In this document: positions 41,927 through 51,277 of the stretch, in pieces
Numbering within the stretch: position 1 is the stretch's first letter
Layout: every line of letters starts with the position of its first letter
From: a virus
Taxonomy: Duplodnaviria; Caudoviricetes
Reading direction: 5' to 3' (one strand)
Length of the DNA: 55,018 bases
IMG/VR virus record: IMGVR_UViG_3300006903_000014
Span: 1 to 55,018 of that record
The notes under the pieces: model-generated
Told to the model about the DNA's origin: nothing
Database searches by the model: none
The model's input: only the letters and a program-made list of their open reading frames with translations
Translations under genes and position numbers: made by a program

Positions 41927-44900
41927 CTAGCCTCCCCAATCCCCGACGGCGTTGTTATGCACGCGCCACTTGCGGTTCTTGGTGTTCTTCAGGAGCACGC
42001 GGCCGACGGCCTCGCCGTCGAGGGTGATCGTGGCGTCCTGGTCCCCGCCCGGCCCCGCCGGGGCACTGGCGCCCATCATCGCCGCTAGCTGGGCGCCGAG
42101 TGCGGACCCGAGTCCGGCGCCGATCGAGCGGGCGAGCGCGTCGGCCGGCCCGACCAGCTCCGGGTTGGACGGGCTGCCGTGCAGGACCCAGTTGCCCACA
42201 GAGGTCGCCACGCCACCGAACGCCGCGCCCTGCTGGTTGCGCTCCCCCGGGCCGCCGGGCGTGTTCGACCCGCCGGGGCCGCCCCCGGGCCCGTTGTTCG
42301 GCACGTTGTAGCCCTGCGCGGCCTGGTTCGCCGCGTTGGTCGCGTTCGTGACCGAGCGCCACTGCGAGGCGATGTCGGCAACGACGTCCAGGGACCCGGC
42401 GAGCGGCCCGTTGGGGTCGGTGACCAGGTCGGAGAACCCCTGATAGACGTCGATCGTGTCGGAGGTCGCCTTCGTCGCGAACACCGACATCTCGTCGATG
42501 CCGGCGTTGATCTCGCTGGTCCAGTATTCCCCCTGGGAGACCAGCGCCTCGGCCATGTTGCTCCCGTCCACCGCGATGTCCTGGAACGCGGAGCCCGTCG
42601 AGGCCGAGACGTCGCCCGCGAACGTCTGCCACGCCTGCGAGCTGGCGCTGCTGGCGGCGAAGGCGGCGCCCGTGGCCGCCGCACTCCCGGACTGCAGCGA
42701 CTGGATGGCGGCCTGGCTCGCCGTGGCGGCCGCCTGCGTGCCCTGCGCGGCGGCGTTCGCGCTCGCCTGCGCCGCGGCCTGCGCGGCTCCGGCCGCGGCG
42801 CCGGCCGCCGCCTCGCCCGCCGCCGCCGCCCCCTGCGCCGCCTGGCTCATGCTGCTGTTCATCCCGTTCGCCGCGTTCTGCGCGGCCGGCGGGATGGCGC
42901 CCATCGCGGTCGCGATCGAGGTCAGGAGGGACACCACCTGCTGCAGTGGATCCGTCGGGAAGGCGACGCCGGCCGCCTTCGCCTGGTCGATCAGCGCCTG
43001 CGTGTTGGAGTCGAGCTGCATCCCATACTGCTGCGCGACCTGCTGCGCCTGCGCGAGCAGCGGCGCGATGGCCTGCAGCGCGGTCTGGCTGTCCACGCCC
43101 TGGTCGGTGAGCTGCTTCATCGCCGACGCGGCCTGCTCCTCGAAGCCCTGGAATGCGCCCTGGGTCATGTACCCCGAGTCGGCGAGCCCGCCCAGCGCGT
43201 CCTGGAGCCCCTGGATGCCCTCGGTGATGTTCTTCGTGGCCTCGTTGCCGATCAGCCCCATGATCTGTTCGATGGGGCCCATCACGGCCGAGGCGTCGAA
43301 GCCGCCCTTCTTGAGCGAGTCCTGGATCGCGTCGAAGGCGGGCTTCATCGCCGTCGCCGCGTTGATCAGCCCGTCCTCCTTGACCTTCGCCCAGAAGGTG
43401 GCGCCGAAAATCTGCGCCTGCGCCTGCGCGTCCTCGGGGGTGATGATCTGGATCCCCTTGACCGCGCCGGCCGTTCCGGATACCGCCTTGTCCAGCCCCG
43501 CCTTCACAGCGGCCGCGATCTCCGGGACGTGCTCGCCCATCGCGCGAGCCTCCTGGATCATCTGGACGCCCAGCCGGCGCGCCGCCTCCGCCGCGGCCCC
43601 CGTCGAGGACTCGGCCTGGTGCTGGACCTGCGCGAACGCCTTGCCGATCTCGGCCACGCCCTCCGCCGCCGGGATCGAGCCCGAGGCGACGCCCTTCATC
43701 AGATCGCCGATCTGGGAGGTGAAGGCCTCGACGCCCATCCCGCTCTCGGTGATCGCCTGCGTCAGGTTGAGCAGGCTCGCGCTCTTGACGTCGATGTGGA
43801 GGTGGTCGGCCGTCTGCTGGATCGCCTGCTGCAGGCTCTCGGAGATGGTCGTGCCGAGCTGCTGTCCGATGGCCTGCGCCTGCTGCTCCGCCTTCGAGGG
43901 TCCCCCGAACAGGTGGCCGATGAGGCTGATTCCGGCGAGGATCCCGTGGACGGCCCCGGCGATGATCTGCACCGGGTTGTGGGAGGCGAGCCCCTCGACG
44001 ACGTCGCTGGCCGCCTTGCCCATGTTCTGCAGGTCACCGAGCGCCTGCGCGAAGGAGGAGTCCGCGGCGACGCCGAAGGCCGCCGCCACCTCGCTGGCGA
44101 TCCCGATCAGGTCCGAGATTCCCTTGAACGCGTGGGCGATCCGCTTCAGGTGCTCCTCGTGCTCCTTTTCCTGCTCGAGCAGCCGCTCATCCTCCTGCCG
44201 CGCGATCTCCTCGGCGACGCGCCGGCTCGCCCAGAGGCCGTTACCCATCTGGACGCCGGTGTTCATCCGCTCCTGCGCCTCCTGAGCCTTGAGGATCACC
44301 TGGTAGAAGTCGTCGGCGCTGTCGTCGAGCGGCGTGCCGTTCAGCTCCTGATAAAGCGCGCGGATCTCCTGCAGCTTGGGCGGGACCTTCTCGAGCCCGC
44401 CCTTCACCAGCGCCTCGATCTTCTTGTTGGCCTCCTCGAGCAGCACCGGGTTCTCGCGCAGGATCGCCGTCGTGTGCTCGTCGCCCAGGGCGGCCGCCAG
44501 CTTCGCCGCCTTCTCCTCCAGGTCCTGGCCCGTGAGCTGCCGGCGCAGCTCCTCGACCTCCTGCGCCCACTTCGACAGGTCACCGGCCGAGCCCTTCGCG
44601 TGCTCGCCGACGTGCTCCAGCTCGAGGCTCGCCCCGGCGATCTTCTCCTTGGCGCCCTGGAGCGTGGAGTTGACCTTCTCGAGGCTCTCGTGGAACTTCG
44701 AGTTGGCGGCGATCGTGTCGTTGGCGCTCGCCTTCATCCCGACCAGGGCGCTGTTCACGTAGTCGAGCCCCGTCTTGGTGGAGGCGATCGTCTTGCTGAG
44801 ATCGTTGCCGAACAGCTTCGAGACGAGCCCGCCGCCGGGAATCGAGGCCGCCAACTCGGCCAGCTTCAGGTTCGCCGTGAGGATGGCCTGCGCGAAGAGA

Positions 44901-45859
44901 AGGACGCCCGCCATCGCCGCGTCGAAGCCGATGCGCAGGAAGTCGAGCACGTCCCGCGCCGCGCCGACGCCGCTCACCAGGAGCTGGATGCCAGAGACGG
45001 CGAGAACGATCCCCTGCGTGGTCCAGGCGGCGATCTGCGCCCGATTGTCGATGAACCAGTGGGAGAGCTGACCCATCAGGTTCGTCAGGATCTCGATGGC
45101 CGCGTGGAGCCCTCCGCTCGAGGCGACTCCGGCCGCAAAGTTGTTCCAGACGCCCTGTCCGGTATCCTTCAGCAGCTTGAACTCGTTGTTGAGCTTGGCG
45201 CCAGCCGCCACGGCCTTCTCGTCGATGATGATCCCCAGCTCCCGAGCCCTCGCGATCACGGCCGCGATGTTGCTGGAGAACAAGGGAAGCATCTCCGTCC
45301 CGGTCTTGCCCAGCGTCTTGAAGGCGGCGATCCCGCGCAGCGTCGGGTTCTCGATGCTGGCGATCTTCTCGCCCAACTTCAGGAAGGCATCGGCGGGATT
45401 CTGCGCGATCAGCGCGCGCGTCTCGAGGCCGAGCGCCCGGAACGCCTCCGGGGTCTCCCCCAGCTTCTTCTTCATCTTGTCGATCGCGCCCGTGATCGAG
45501 TCCAGGGATGTGTCCGTCGGCCGTCCGGCGGCGGCCAGCTCCTGCAGCATCGTCGTGTTGGTGCCGATCTTGGTCCCGAGGATCTCGAGCTTGTCGCTCA
45601 TCTCCGCGAAGTGCTCGACGCTCTCCACCGCCAGCTTGGGGACCTCGAGCAGGGTCTCCTTGAATTTCTCCATGGCCTCGTGGGCCAGCTCGATCCCCGC
45701 GCCGATCCCGATCCCCTCCTTGAAGGCCTCGCTCATCCCGTGGGCGGCGTGGGACGCCTCCTGGGTGGCGTGGGCGATCTGGGAGAGCTGGAACGACACG
45801 TCCTGCAGGACTCCGCCGCCGGCCTGGCTGATCACGAGGCGGACGGAGACGTCCGCCAC
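41927..45859 (-). CDS. Tail tape measure protein
   Basis: 1310 aa, Ala/Gln-rich helical, TM-like stretches; follows the frameshifted chaperone. Confidence 0.92.
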   Translation of the reverse strand: MADVSVRLVISQAGGGVLQDVSFQLSQIAHATQEASHAAHGMSEAFKEGIGIGAGIELAHEAMEKFKETLLEVPKLAVESVEHFAEMSDKLEILGTKIGTNTTMLQELAAAGRPTDTSLDSITGAIDKMKKKLGETPEAFRALGLETRALIAQNPADAFLKLGEKIASIENPTLRGIAAFKTLGKTGTEMLPLFSSNIAAVIARARELGIIIDEKAVAAGAKLNNEFKLLKDTGQGVWNNFAAGVASSGGLHAAIEILTNLMGQLSHWFIDNRAQIAAWTTQGIVLAVSGIQLLVSGVGAARDVLDFLRIGFDAAMAGVLLFAQAILTANLKLAELAASIPGGGLVSKLFGNDLSKTIASTKTGLDYVNSALVGMKASANDTIAANSKFHESLEKVNSTLQGAKEKIAGASLELEHVGEHAKGSAGDLSKWAQEVEELRRQLTGQDLEEKAAKLAAALGDEHTTAILRENPVLLEEANKKIEALVKGGLEKVPPKLQEIRALYQELNGTPLDDSADDFYQVILKAQEAQERMNTGVQMGNGLWASRRVAEEIARQEDERLLEQEKEHEEHLKRIAHAFKGISDLIGIASEVAAAFGVAADSSFAQALGDLQNMGKAASDVVEGLASHNPVQIIAGAVHGILAGISLIGHLFGGPSKAEQQAQAIGQQLGTTISESLQQAIQQTADHLHIDVKSASLLNLTQAITESGMGVEAFTSQIGDLMKGVASGSIPAAEGVAEIGKAFAQVQHQAESSTGAAAEAARRLGVQMIQEARAMGEHVPEIAAAVKAGLDKAVSGTAGAVKGIQIITPEDAQAQAQIFGATFWAKVKEDGLINAATAMKPAFDAIQDSLKKGGFDASAVMGPIEQIMGLIGNEATKNITEGIQGLQDALGGLADSGYMTQGAFQGFEEQAASAMKQLTDQGVDSQTALQAIAPLLAQAQQVAQQYGMQLDSNTQALIDQAKAAGVAFPTDPLQQVVSLLTSIATAMGAIPPAAQNAANGMNSSMSQAAQGAAAAGEAAAGAAAGAAQAAAQASANAAAQGTQAAATASQAAIQSLQSGSAAATGAAFAASSASSQAWQTFAGDVSASTGSAFQDIAVDGSNMAEALVSQGEYWTSEINAGIDEMSVFATKATSDTIDVYQGFSDLVTDPNGPLAGSLDVVADIASQWRSVTNATNAANQAAQGYNVPNNGPGGGPGGSNTPGGPGERNQQGAAFGGVATSVGNWVLHGSPSNPELVGPADALARSIGAGLGSALGAQLAAMMGASAPAGPGGDQDATITLDGEAVGRVLLKNTKNRKWRVHNNAVGDWGG

Positions 45860-46300
45860 CTAACGCCCCTTCTTATCGGGATACAGCCGCTCGAGCATCT
45901 GCTCGGAGTGTACAGCGTTACTGACCCGGATCAAGAGCGCCCGTCGGACCTCGGGCGGGTCCCCCTCCAGGCTGGCGGCATAGTAGGGGTCGAACAGCGG
46001 CCGCAGGTGGGGCTGCACCATGAAGAACGCGAGCGTGGCCGCGTCGACGTTGTCGGGGTCCAGCTCGACGCGGGGACATGGGCGGCCCCACTGTTCCCGG
46101 ATCGCGGCCAGGTGGTACTCCGGCACGCAGGGCCCCTCTTCCACGTGCTCGCCCTCCTCGACCCCACGCCCGAGCGAGGCCGACAACCGCCTGGCGTCGG
46201 CCTCGCTCTCTGCGTCCGTCCCGCCGAGCATCACGCACGCCCGGCACCGGTCCTCAGTGACTGCCCCGAAGTCGAGGCGGAAGGACAGCCACGCGATCAG
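45860..46300 (-). CDS. Tail assembly chaperone -1 frame extension (GT-like)
   Basis: KLIAWLSFRLDF... in the -1 frame relative to 46297..46779, no own start, ends one base before the TMP start. Confidence 0.7.
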   Translation of the reverse strand: MIAWLSFRLDFGAVTEDRCRACVMLGGTDAESEADARRLSASLGRGVEEGEHVEEGPCVPEYHLAAIREQWGRPCPRVELDPDNVDAATLAFFMVQPHLRPLFDPYYAASLEGDPPEVRRALLIRVSNAVHSEQMLERLYPDKKGR

Positions 46301-46779
46301 TTTGACTCGAGGTCCTGCGCCTTGTCCTGCGCCCGGCGCGCCTCCTTGTCGACCCACGCGAGCACGGACGAACCGACGTAGGGGTGCTCCTCGAGATAAT
46401 GCTCCTTGAGCGCGTCGTTTTTCCACTGCTTGTCCAGGGACACCGCCTGACCGGCCGTGACCACGCGACCCAGCAGCTTGGAGTAGACCTCCGCGGCCTC
46501 GGCGTCGCCCACCAGGTGCTCGAAGTTCTCCGAGTCGGTCAGGGCATACGCGGCCCGCGCGCGCGCGTATGCCTTCGTCTTCTCCGTGTCGACGACGATG
46601 ACGCCGTCGCGCATCTTGACCTTGGTCTGGTCGTGCTTCACTCGGAACTGGCGCTCGACGGACGCCGGGATCCGACGCACCCTGAGTCGGACCATCTTGC
46701 CCAGGTCCTTGTCCTCCTGGTAGTCCATCCAGTCGCCGTCGTCGTTCTCCGCATTCCCGAACTCCCTCGTGACCGCCAT
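46297..46779 (-). CDS. Tail assembly chaperone (G-like)
   Basis: Between tail tube and TMP; ends GAG TCA AAC TGA. Confidence 0.8.
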   Translation of the reverse strand: MAVTREFGNAENDDGDWMDYQEDKDLGKMVRLRVRRIPASVERQFRVKHDQTKVKMRDGVIVVDTEKTKAYARARAAYALTDSENFEHLVGDAEAAEVYSKLLGRVVTAGQAVSLDKQWKNDALKEHYLEEHPYVGSSVLAWVDKEARRAQDKAQDLESN

Positions 46780-46870
46780 TCGCGTCCCCTCCTGGTTCTA
46801 TGCGTGAGCGGCCTGCCGCGCGCCGGGGCGGGGGCGGCCGCGACCTCCCCCGCCCGGTCCGGTCCGACGC

Positions 46871-47938
46871 CTAGGCCAGCGCGTCCGTGCTCTTCTGGTT
46901 GACCATCTCCATGGTGACGGCCTCCTGGTAGGTGGCCGGGAAGCCCGTCGGCACGGCCGTCCTGCGGTGCGCCTCGAAGGACAGGTTGACCGGGATGCGG
47001 CCCGGCCCGCCCACGTTCGCGTCCCCGCCGCTGAACTGCACGTCCGGGAAGTACAGCGTGATGGAGAAGTTGGTCGTGCCGTTCGCGATCGGCCCGGTGA
47101 AGGTGACGGTCATCTTCTTGCGGGCCTTCGAGAGCATGGCGGAGAGCAGCGCGTCGTTGCCGCCGGTCCCGTCGAAGTACTTCGAGAAGGCGATCTTGCC
47201 CGTGACCATGGTGAAGCCGTCCTGGATGGGCTCGTCGATCAGGTAGCCGTAACGGGTGGTGACGTCGTCCGTCGGGTAGCTGTTGTCCAGCGAGACCTCG
47301 AACTCCGAGAGGTAGACCAGGTCCGCGTTGGCGAGCGCGCCACCGTCGTGGGCGTTGATCTTGACCACCATCTGGGAGAACAGGGCGAAGTCCCGGTTGG
47401 AGGGCATCGTGATGTTGGCGACGGTGGCGTTGGTGTTCGTGCCGGCGCCCGTGTTGATGTTGAGCCCCTGCGGGATCATGGGGAACTTCGCGCGCAGGCG
47501 CGTCCCGTTCTTGATGCTCAGGTTGAAGCCGCCGACCTTCGCGGTCGTATACTCCCAGACGCCGACCTGCTTGTTGAAGACCAGCGTCCCGTGCAGCCCC
47601 TCCTTGTCGTCGTTGATCTTGAAGACGTGCTTGTACGCGTTGTCGCTCGCGACCTGCGAGGGCGCGCCGGCCGTCCCCATCGCCATCGCGAAGAACCGTT
47701 CGATCCCCTCGTAGCGCACATCCATCTCGACGTCGCCCGAGTGGAACTCGTTGCCCTTGTCCCCGAACAGCTTCGACGCTCGCCCGGTGAGCGAGACGTC
47801 GGGGATGAACTGCGAGTCGGGCGTGAGCCCCTCGGTGACGTACTCGAATCCGTCGTTGGCCCCGGCCGCGACGGGCGTGCCCCACGTCGTCGACTTCTTG
47901 AACCCACCGATCGCGCGGAAGCCCTTGCCGTAAGCCAT
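46871..47938 (-). CDS. Major tail tube protein
   Basis: TWGTPV, G.V..D.RYEG..RF, F.VSLDN, NVGGPG.I.V.L.F; no sheath gene seen. Confidence 0.85.
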   Translation of the reverse strand: MAYGKGFRAIGGFKKSTTWGTPVAAGANDGFEYVTEGLTPDSQFIPDVSLTGRASKLFGDKGNEFHSGDVEMDVRYEGIERFFAMAMGTAGAPSQVASDNAYKHVFKINDDKEGLHGTLVFNKQVGVWEYTTAKVGGFNLSIKNGTRLRAKFPMIPQGLNINTGAGTNTNATVANITMPSNRDFALFSQMVVKINAHDGGALANADLVYLSEFEVSLDNSYPTDDVTTRYGYLIDEPIQDGFTMVTGKIAFSKYFDGTGGNDALLSAMLSKARKKMTVTFTGPIANGTTNFSITLYFPDVQFSGGDANVGGPGRIPVNLSFEAHRRTAVPTGFPATYQEAVTMEMVNQKSTDALA

Positions 47939-47941
47939 GGC

Positions 47942-48172
47942 CTACTCCCTCCTTCGGCGCGCCGGCACATCGGCCTCGGGCGCCCTGTCGACCGTCTCGA
48001 TCACGGGCCCGCCGTCCGGGATCTTGACCAGCCCGGACGCGAGCATCTTCTCGGCCCACTCGGGCTCGACCTCATTGACGCCGCGCTCGAGCTGGATGCC
48101 CGAGGGCGGATGATACGTGCCCTGCCCGGCCGAAGCCGGGTCCACCGCGGGCCCTGGATATTCGACCTTCAC
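47942..48172 (-). CDS. Small virion-region protein
   Basis: MKVEYPGP...RG..EV....AE..L pattern common just before tail tube genes. Confidence 0.6.
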   Translation of the reverse strand: MKVEYPGPAVDPASAGQGTYHPPSGIQLERGVNEVEPEWAEKMLASGLVKIPDGGPVIETVDRAPEADVPARRRRE

Positions 48173-48840
48173 GGCGTCCTCCCTCGGAGAGCGAACGGGT
48201 AGTTGTCGGGACCCCAGGCGAACGGGGGCCCCAGCTCCGCGAGAGCGTCGCCCTCCGCGACCGTCTCGAGGCCGCCGGCTTCGAAGTGCGCGCGCCAGGC
48301 CGCCGGGTCCATGCAGAGGTAATGATTGCGCGGACCGGCCGAAATGCCAAGCCGGAAGTGGGGCGGCGTGGACGGCACCGTCGCCAGGATCATGTGCCGC
48401 GCGACCCGCCCCAGCTCGGCGAGCACGCGCGGCTGGAGCTCAAGGGGCAGGTGCTCCACGATGTCGAGCGCCACGACGACCTCGAAGGCGCCGTCCACGA
48501 ACGGCAGCGCGCAGGCGTCGGCGACAGCGCCGGCCCGCGTCCGGAAGTCCTCCCCGAGGTCCACCCCGACGGCGCGCAGCCCCCGGTCCCTCAGCTCCTC
48601 GACCAGGATCCCCCGGCCGCAGCCGAGGTCCAGCACGCGCCAGTCCGGCGGCAGGTCCTGGCCCCGGAGCAGCAGCTTGCGCAGCGCCAGGCAGACGCCG
48701 ACGGCGCTCCTGCGCCAGCGGTCCCTGTTGTCCCAGTGGCCGGGGCCGCCGTAGCCGCTCTCGAATCCTACGTCCTCGCCGAGGTTGTAGCGGGGGCCGT
48801 ACCTGGTGCGCAGGTCGGCCCTCAGCTCCTCGGGGGTCAA
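48169..48840 (-). CDS. Class I SAM-dependent methyltransferase
   Basis: TTGA overlap; VLDLGCGRG, GVD, DACALPF.DG.F.VV...D.VEHL. Confidence 0.88.
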   Translation of the reverse strand: MTPEELRADLRTRYGPRYNLGEDVGFESGYGGPGHWDNRDRWRRSAVGVCLALRKLLLRGQDLPPDWRVLDLGCGRGILVEELRDRGLRAVGVDLGEDFRTRAGAVADACALPFVDGAFEVVVALDIVEHLPLELQPRVLAELGRVARHMILATVPSTPPHFRLGISAGPRNHYLCMDPAAWRAHFEAGGLETVAEGDALAELGPPFAWGPDNYPFALRGRTP

Positions 48841-50009
48841 TTGGGCTGCCCCGCCGGCCCACCAGGCGCCTCGCTGGCGTGAGCGCCGGCCGGATGCCAG
48901 GGATGGATGCCCGCGGGGCCGTTCTGCGCGTCCCTGGGGGCGCCCAGCGCCTCGGTGGGCTCGGCGCCCGGGAATGTTCCACGTGGAACGTCCTGCCCGG
49001 CGGCCGCCTCGATCGCCCGGAGCAGCCCCTCCGCCGAGGCGCCCCAGGTCATCGAGCGGGCCCGGTGGACGCCCATGAGCCGGCGTGCCTCCAGGTCCGG
49101 GGAGCCGAACCCGGCCCGCGCGGTCCGCAGGCTGTCGGCCAGGTCGGCGATGCTGGCGACCTCGAGCCGGTAGGCCGCGTCCCCGTATCGGATCGAGACG
49201 ACGTCCCGCGTCGGCACGACGATCCCGTGGGAGTCGTCGAGGAAGTCCGCGTGGCCGCCGGTCAGCGGCGAGACGACCAGGCACCCCGCTGCCATCGCCT
49301 CGAGCGCCGGCAGGCCGAAGCCCTCGCCGTAGGACGTCGAGACGAACACGTCCGCCGAGGCGTAGAGCGCCAGCATGTCCGCCGGCTCCAGGTCGCGCCC
49401 GTCCACGAGCACGTGGTCCTGGCCGTTCATCCCCCGCACGATCCTGTCGGCCGGGTCCGTGGCGATGGTCTTCACGTAGAGCTGGGGCGGGTCCACCGCG
49501 CCCTCGAAGGCGCGCGCCCACGCCGGCGCCAGCCGGTCCCAGCCCTTGCGCTCGATCGGCGAGCCGACCCACAGGAATCGTCGCCTCGGCCCCGTCCCGG
49601 CCGCCATCGCGATGGTGCGCCGCGAGTAGTCTGTCGAGAGGAAGGACTCATGCACGCCGAGCGGGACCACCTGCGCCTCGAGCCCGTGCGCGCGCCAGAC
49701 CTCGGCGCAGTACGTCGACGGGACCACGAGGCGATCCGCCCTCGAGATCGGGTCGAGCAGGGCAGGGGGTATGACCGGCGCCTCCCACATAGTGAACAGC
49801 ACGTTGATCTTGCCCGGGACGGGCGCGAACCAGTGGGGCGGACAGAAGTGAAGGTGCGCCCTCGGGTCCGACCCCGCGGCGCCCGCGTCCCTCAGCGCCG
49901 GCCCCACGCGGCGCCTGAGCGCGTCGTAGAGATTGAAGGCGGCCGAGAGGTAGCCGCGGGCGATCCCGAGCCCTGCCGGGAAGCGGTAGTGGCGCCACGC
50001 CAGCTTCAC
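48837..50009 (-). CDS. GT-B glycosyltransferase (GT4-like)
   Basis: TMWE, VVPS, RKG.D, ADVFV..S.GEGFGLP.LEAMA.G. Confidence 0.92.
   Translation of the reverse strand: MKLAWRHYRFPAGLGIARGYLSAAFNLYDALRRRVGPALRDAGAAGSDPRAHLHFCPPHWFAPVPGKINVLFTMWEAPVIPPALLDPISRADRLVVPSTYCAEVWRAHGLEAQVVPLGVHESFLSTDYSRRTIAMAAGTGPRRRFLWVGSPIERKGWDRLAPAWARAFEGAVDPPQLYVKTIATDPADRIVRGMNGQDHVLVDGRDLEPADMLALYASADVFVSTSYGEGFGLPALEAMAAGCLVVSPLTGGHADFLDDSHGIVVPTRDVVSIRYGDAAYRLEVASIADLADSLRTARAGFGSPDLEARRLMGVHRARSMTWGASAEGLLRAIEAAAGQDVPRGTFPGAEPTEALGAPRDAQNGPAGIHPWHPAGAHASEAPGGPAGQPN
48975..48990. other. parS: Chromosomal-type parS palindrome
   Basis: TGTTCCACGTGGAACG, 15/16 to TGTTCCACGTGGAACA; perfect 14-bp palindrome 48976-48989. 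Confidence 0.7.
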
Positions 50010-50266
50010 CTGTCGTCCCTCCTGGCGCGCGCGACCCGCAGCCGCTCCGTCGCCACGCGCGCGCGGGCCCTGAACGATGCGCCCAGGGCGGCGAACGCGT
50101 CGTTGTCCCCGGCGACCTGCGCCACCTGGAGCGCGTCGGCGTGCAGGGCGCCCACCTCAGCCTCGAGTCGCTCCAGCCTCTGCTCGAGGGCGGCGACCCG
50201 CTCGCGGAGCGCGACGACCTCCGCCCACGCCTTTGACTCCTTGGCCAGGCTCTCCATCGCGCTCAC
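50006..50266 (-). CDS. Small coiled-coil protein
   Basis: GTGA overlaps at both ends. Confidence 0.55.
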   Translation of the reverse strand: MSAMESLAKESKAWAEVVALRERVAALEQRLERLEAEVGALHADALQVAQVAGDNDAFAALGASFRARARVATERLRVARARRDDR

Positions 50267-50760
50267 GGCAGGTTCCTGTCGTAGCTGAACTCGACCACCA
50301 CGCGCATGAACACCAGGGCCCAGCCGTCCAGGTAGGTCCGCTCCGGGCCCAGCTCGGAGGTCGGGATCATCACGTTCTCGGCCAGGCCCCCGAGGGAGAC
50401 GTCCTGCCGGAGCGCGCGCTTGGCGTCCCGCAGGATGCGGTGCTGGACCGTGTTCCGGAGCGGGATGGAGGAGTCGGGATCGAACGGGTCCTCCACTCCC
50501 TGGTCTATCCTGACCAGGCCGGCGATGTCCACCGACATGTCCTCGCGCACGATGAAGCTGGGCTCTTCCACGGCCTCCATGTCGTCCGGCACCATCACGA
50601 AGTAGGCCGCGTACTGGCGCGCGATGACCTTGTCCGAGAACTCGAAATAGCGGGCCACCTTCTCCGGCGTGTACCAGTAGGTGGCGCCACCGTCGGCGAC
50701 GATCCCCGCCAGCTTGGCCTGCAGCGCCACCATGATCTGCTCGGCGATGGACTCGGCCAT
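50263..50760 (-). CDS. Tail terminator/completion protein
   Basis: SIAEQI..AL...L, D..RAL..D.SLGGLA; position. Confidence 0.75.
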   Translation of the reverse strand: MAESIAEQIMVALQAKLAGIVADGGATYWYTPEKVARYFEFSDKVIARQYAAYFVMVPDDMEAVEEPSFIVREDMSVDIAGLVRIDQGVEDPFDPDSSIPLRNTVQHRILRDAKRALRQDVSLGGLAENVMIPTSELGPERTYLDGWALVFMRVVVEFSYDRNLP

Positions 50761-50761
50761 C

Positions 50762-51277
50762 TCAGCGCCCCTCGAGCAGGCGCTCGCCCAGGGCCGCGAC
50801 CTCGCTGGCGACCCGCGGGCCGGCCCACCTCGCCGCGGCCTGCACCTCGGGCTCGAGCGCGACCGTCCTGGTGATCGGGCTGCCGGGGTGGCGGACGGCC
50901 CTCGCGAACACGAGGCGGCCGCCGACCTGGAATACGAGGCGCCCGGCGACTGATCCGCCGCGCGGCTTGATGGCGTGCGGCTTCGTGTGCCCGCCGCCCT
51001 CGATCAGCGCCGCCATCCCGATCGCCTGCAGCCCGCCCACGTACGCGTCGGCCGAGGCGTCGTAGGTGGGCTTGATGTTCTTGATGATCAGGGGCGGGAT
51101 GCCGGTGCCGCGGGTCTTGGTCAGCCAGATGCGGCGGCCGGCGCCGCGCCAGCGATAGCGGGTCATCGCCCCGCGGCGCGCCATCTTCAGCGCCTCCGAG
51201 AGGACGGGGTTGATCGCCCGGCCGCGCTCGCGCGCCATGGTCCTGAGCCGCTCCGCCGCCGTCTCCGCGTCGATCAC
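50762..51277 (-). CDS. HK97 gp10-like neck/tail completion protein
   Basis: GTGA overlap; IEGG..T.PH.I.P...L.F......FAR.V.HPG. Confidence 0.7.
   Translation of the reverse strand: MIDAETAAERLRTMARERGRAINPVLSEALKMARRGAMTRYRWRGAGRRIWLTKTRGTGIPPLIIKNIKPTYDASADAYVGGLQAIGMAALIEGGGHTKPHAIKPRGGSVAGRLVFQVGGRLVFARAVRHPGSPITRTVALEPEVQAAARWAGPRVASEVAALGERLLEGR

Noticed and set aside
42179-46381. 1400-aa and other long plus-strand ORFs (also 3684..5225, 48117..50288)
   Set aside because: Antisense shadows of GC3-rich minus-strand genes; Arg/Gly/Leu-rich with no motifs
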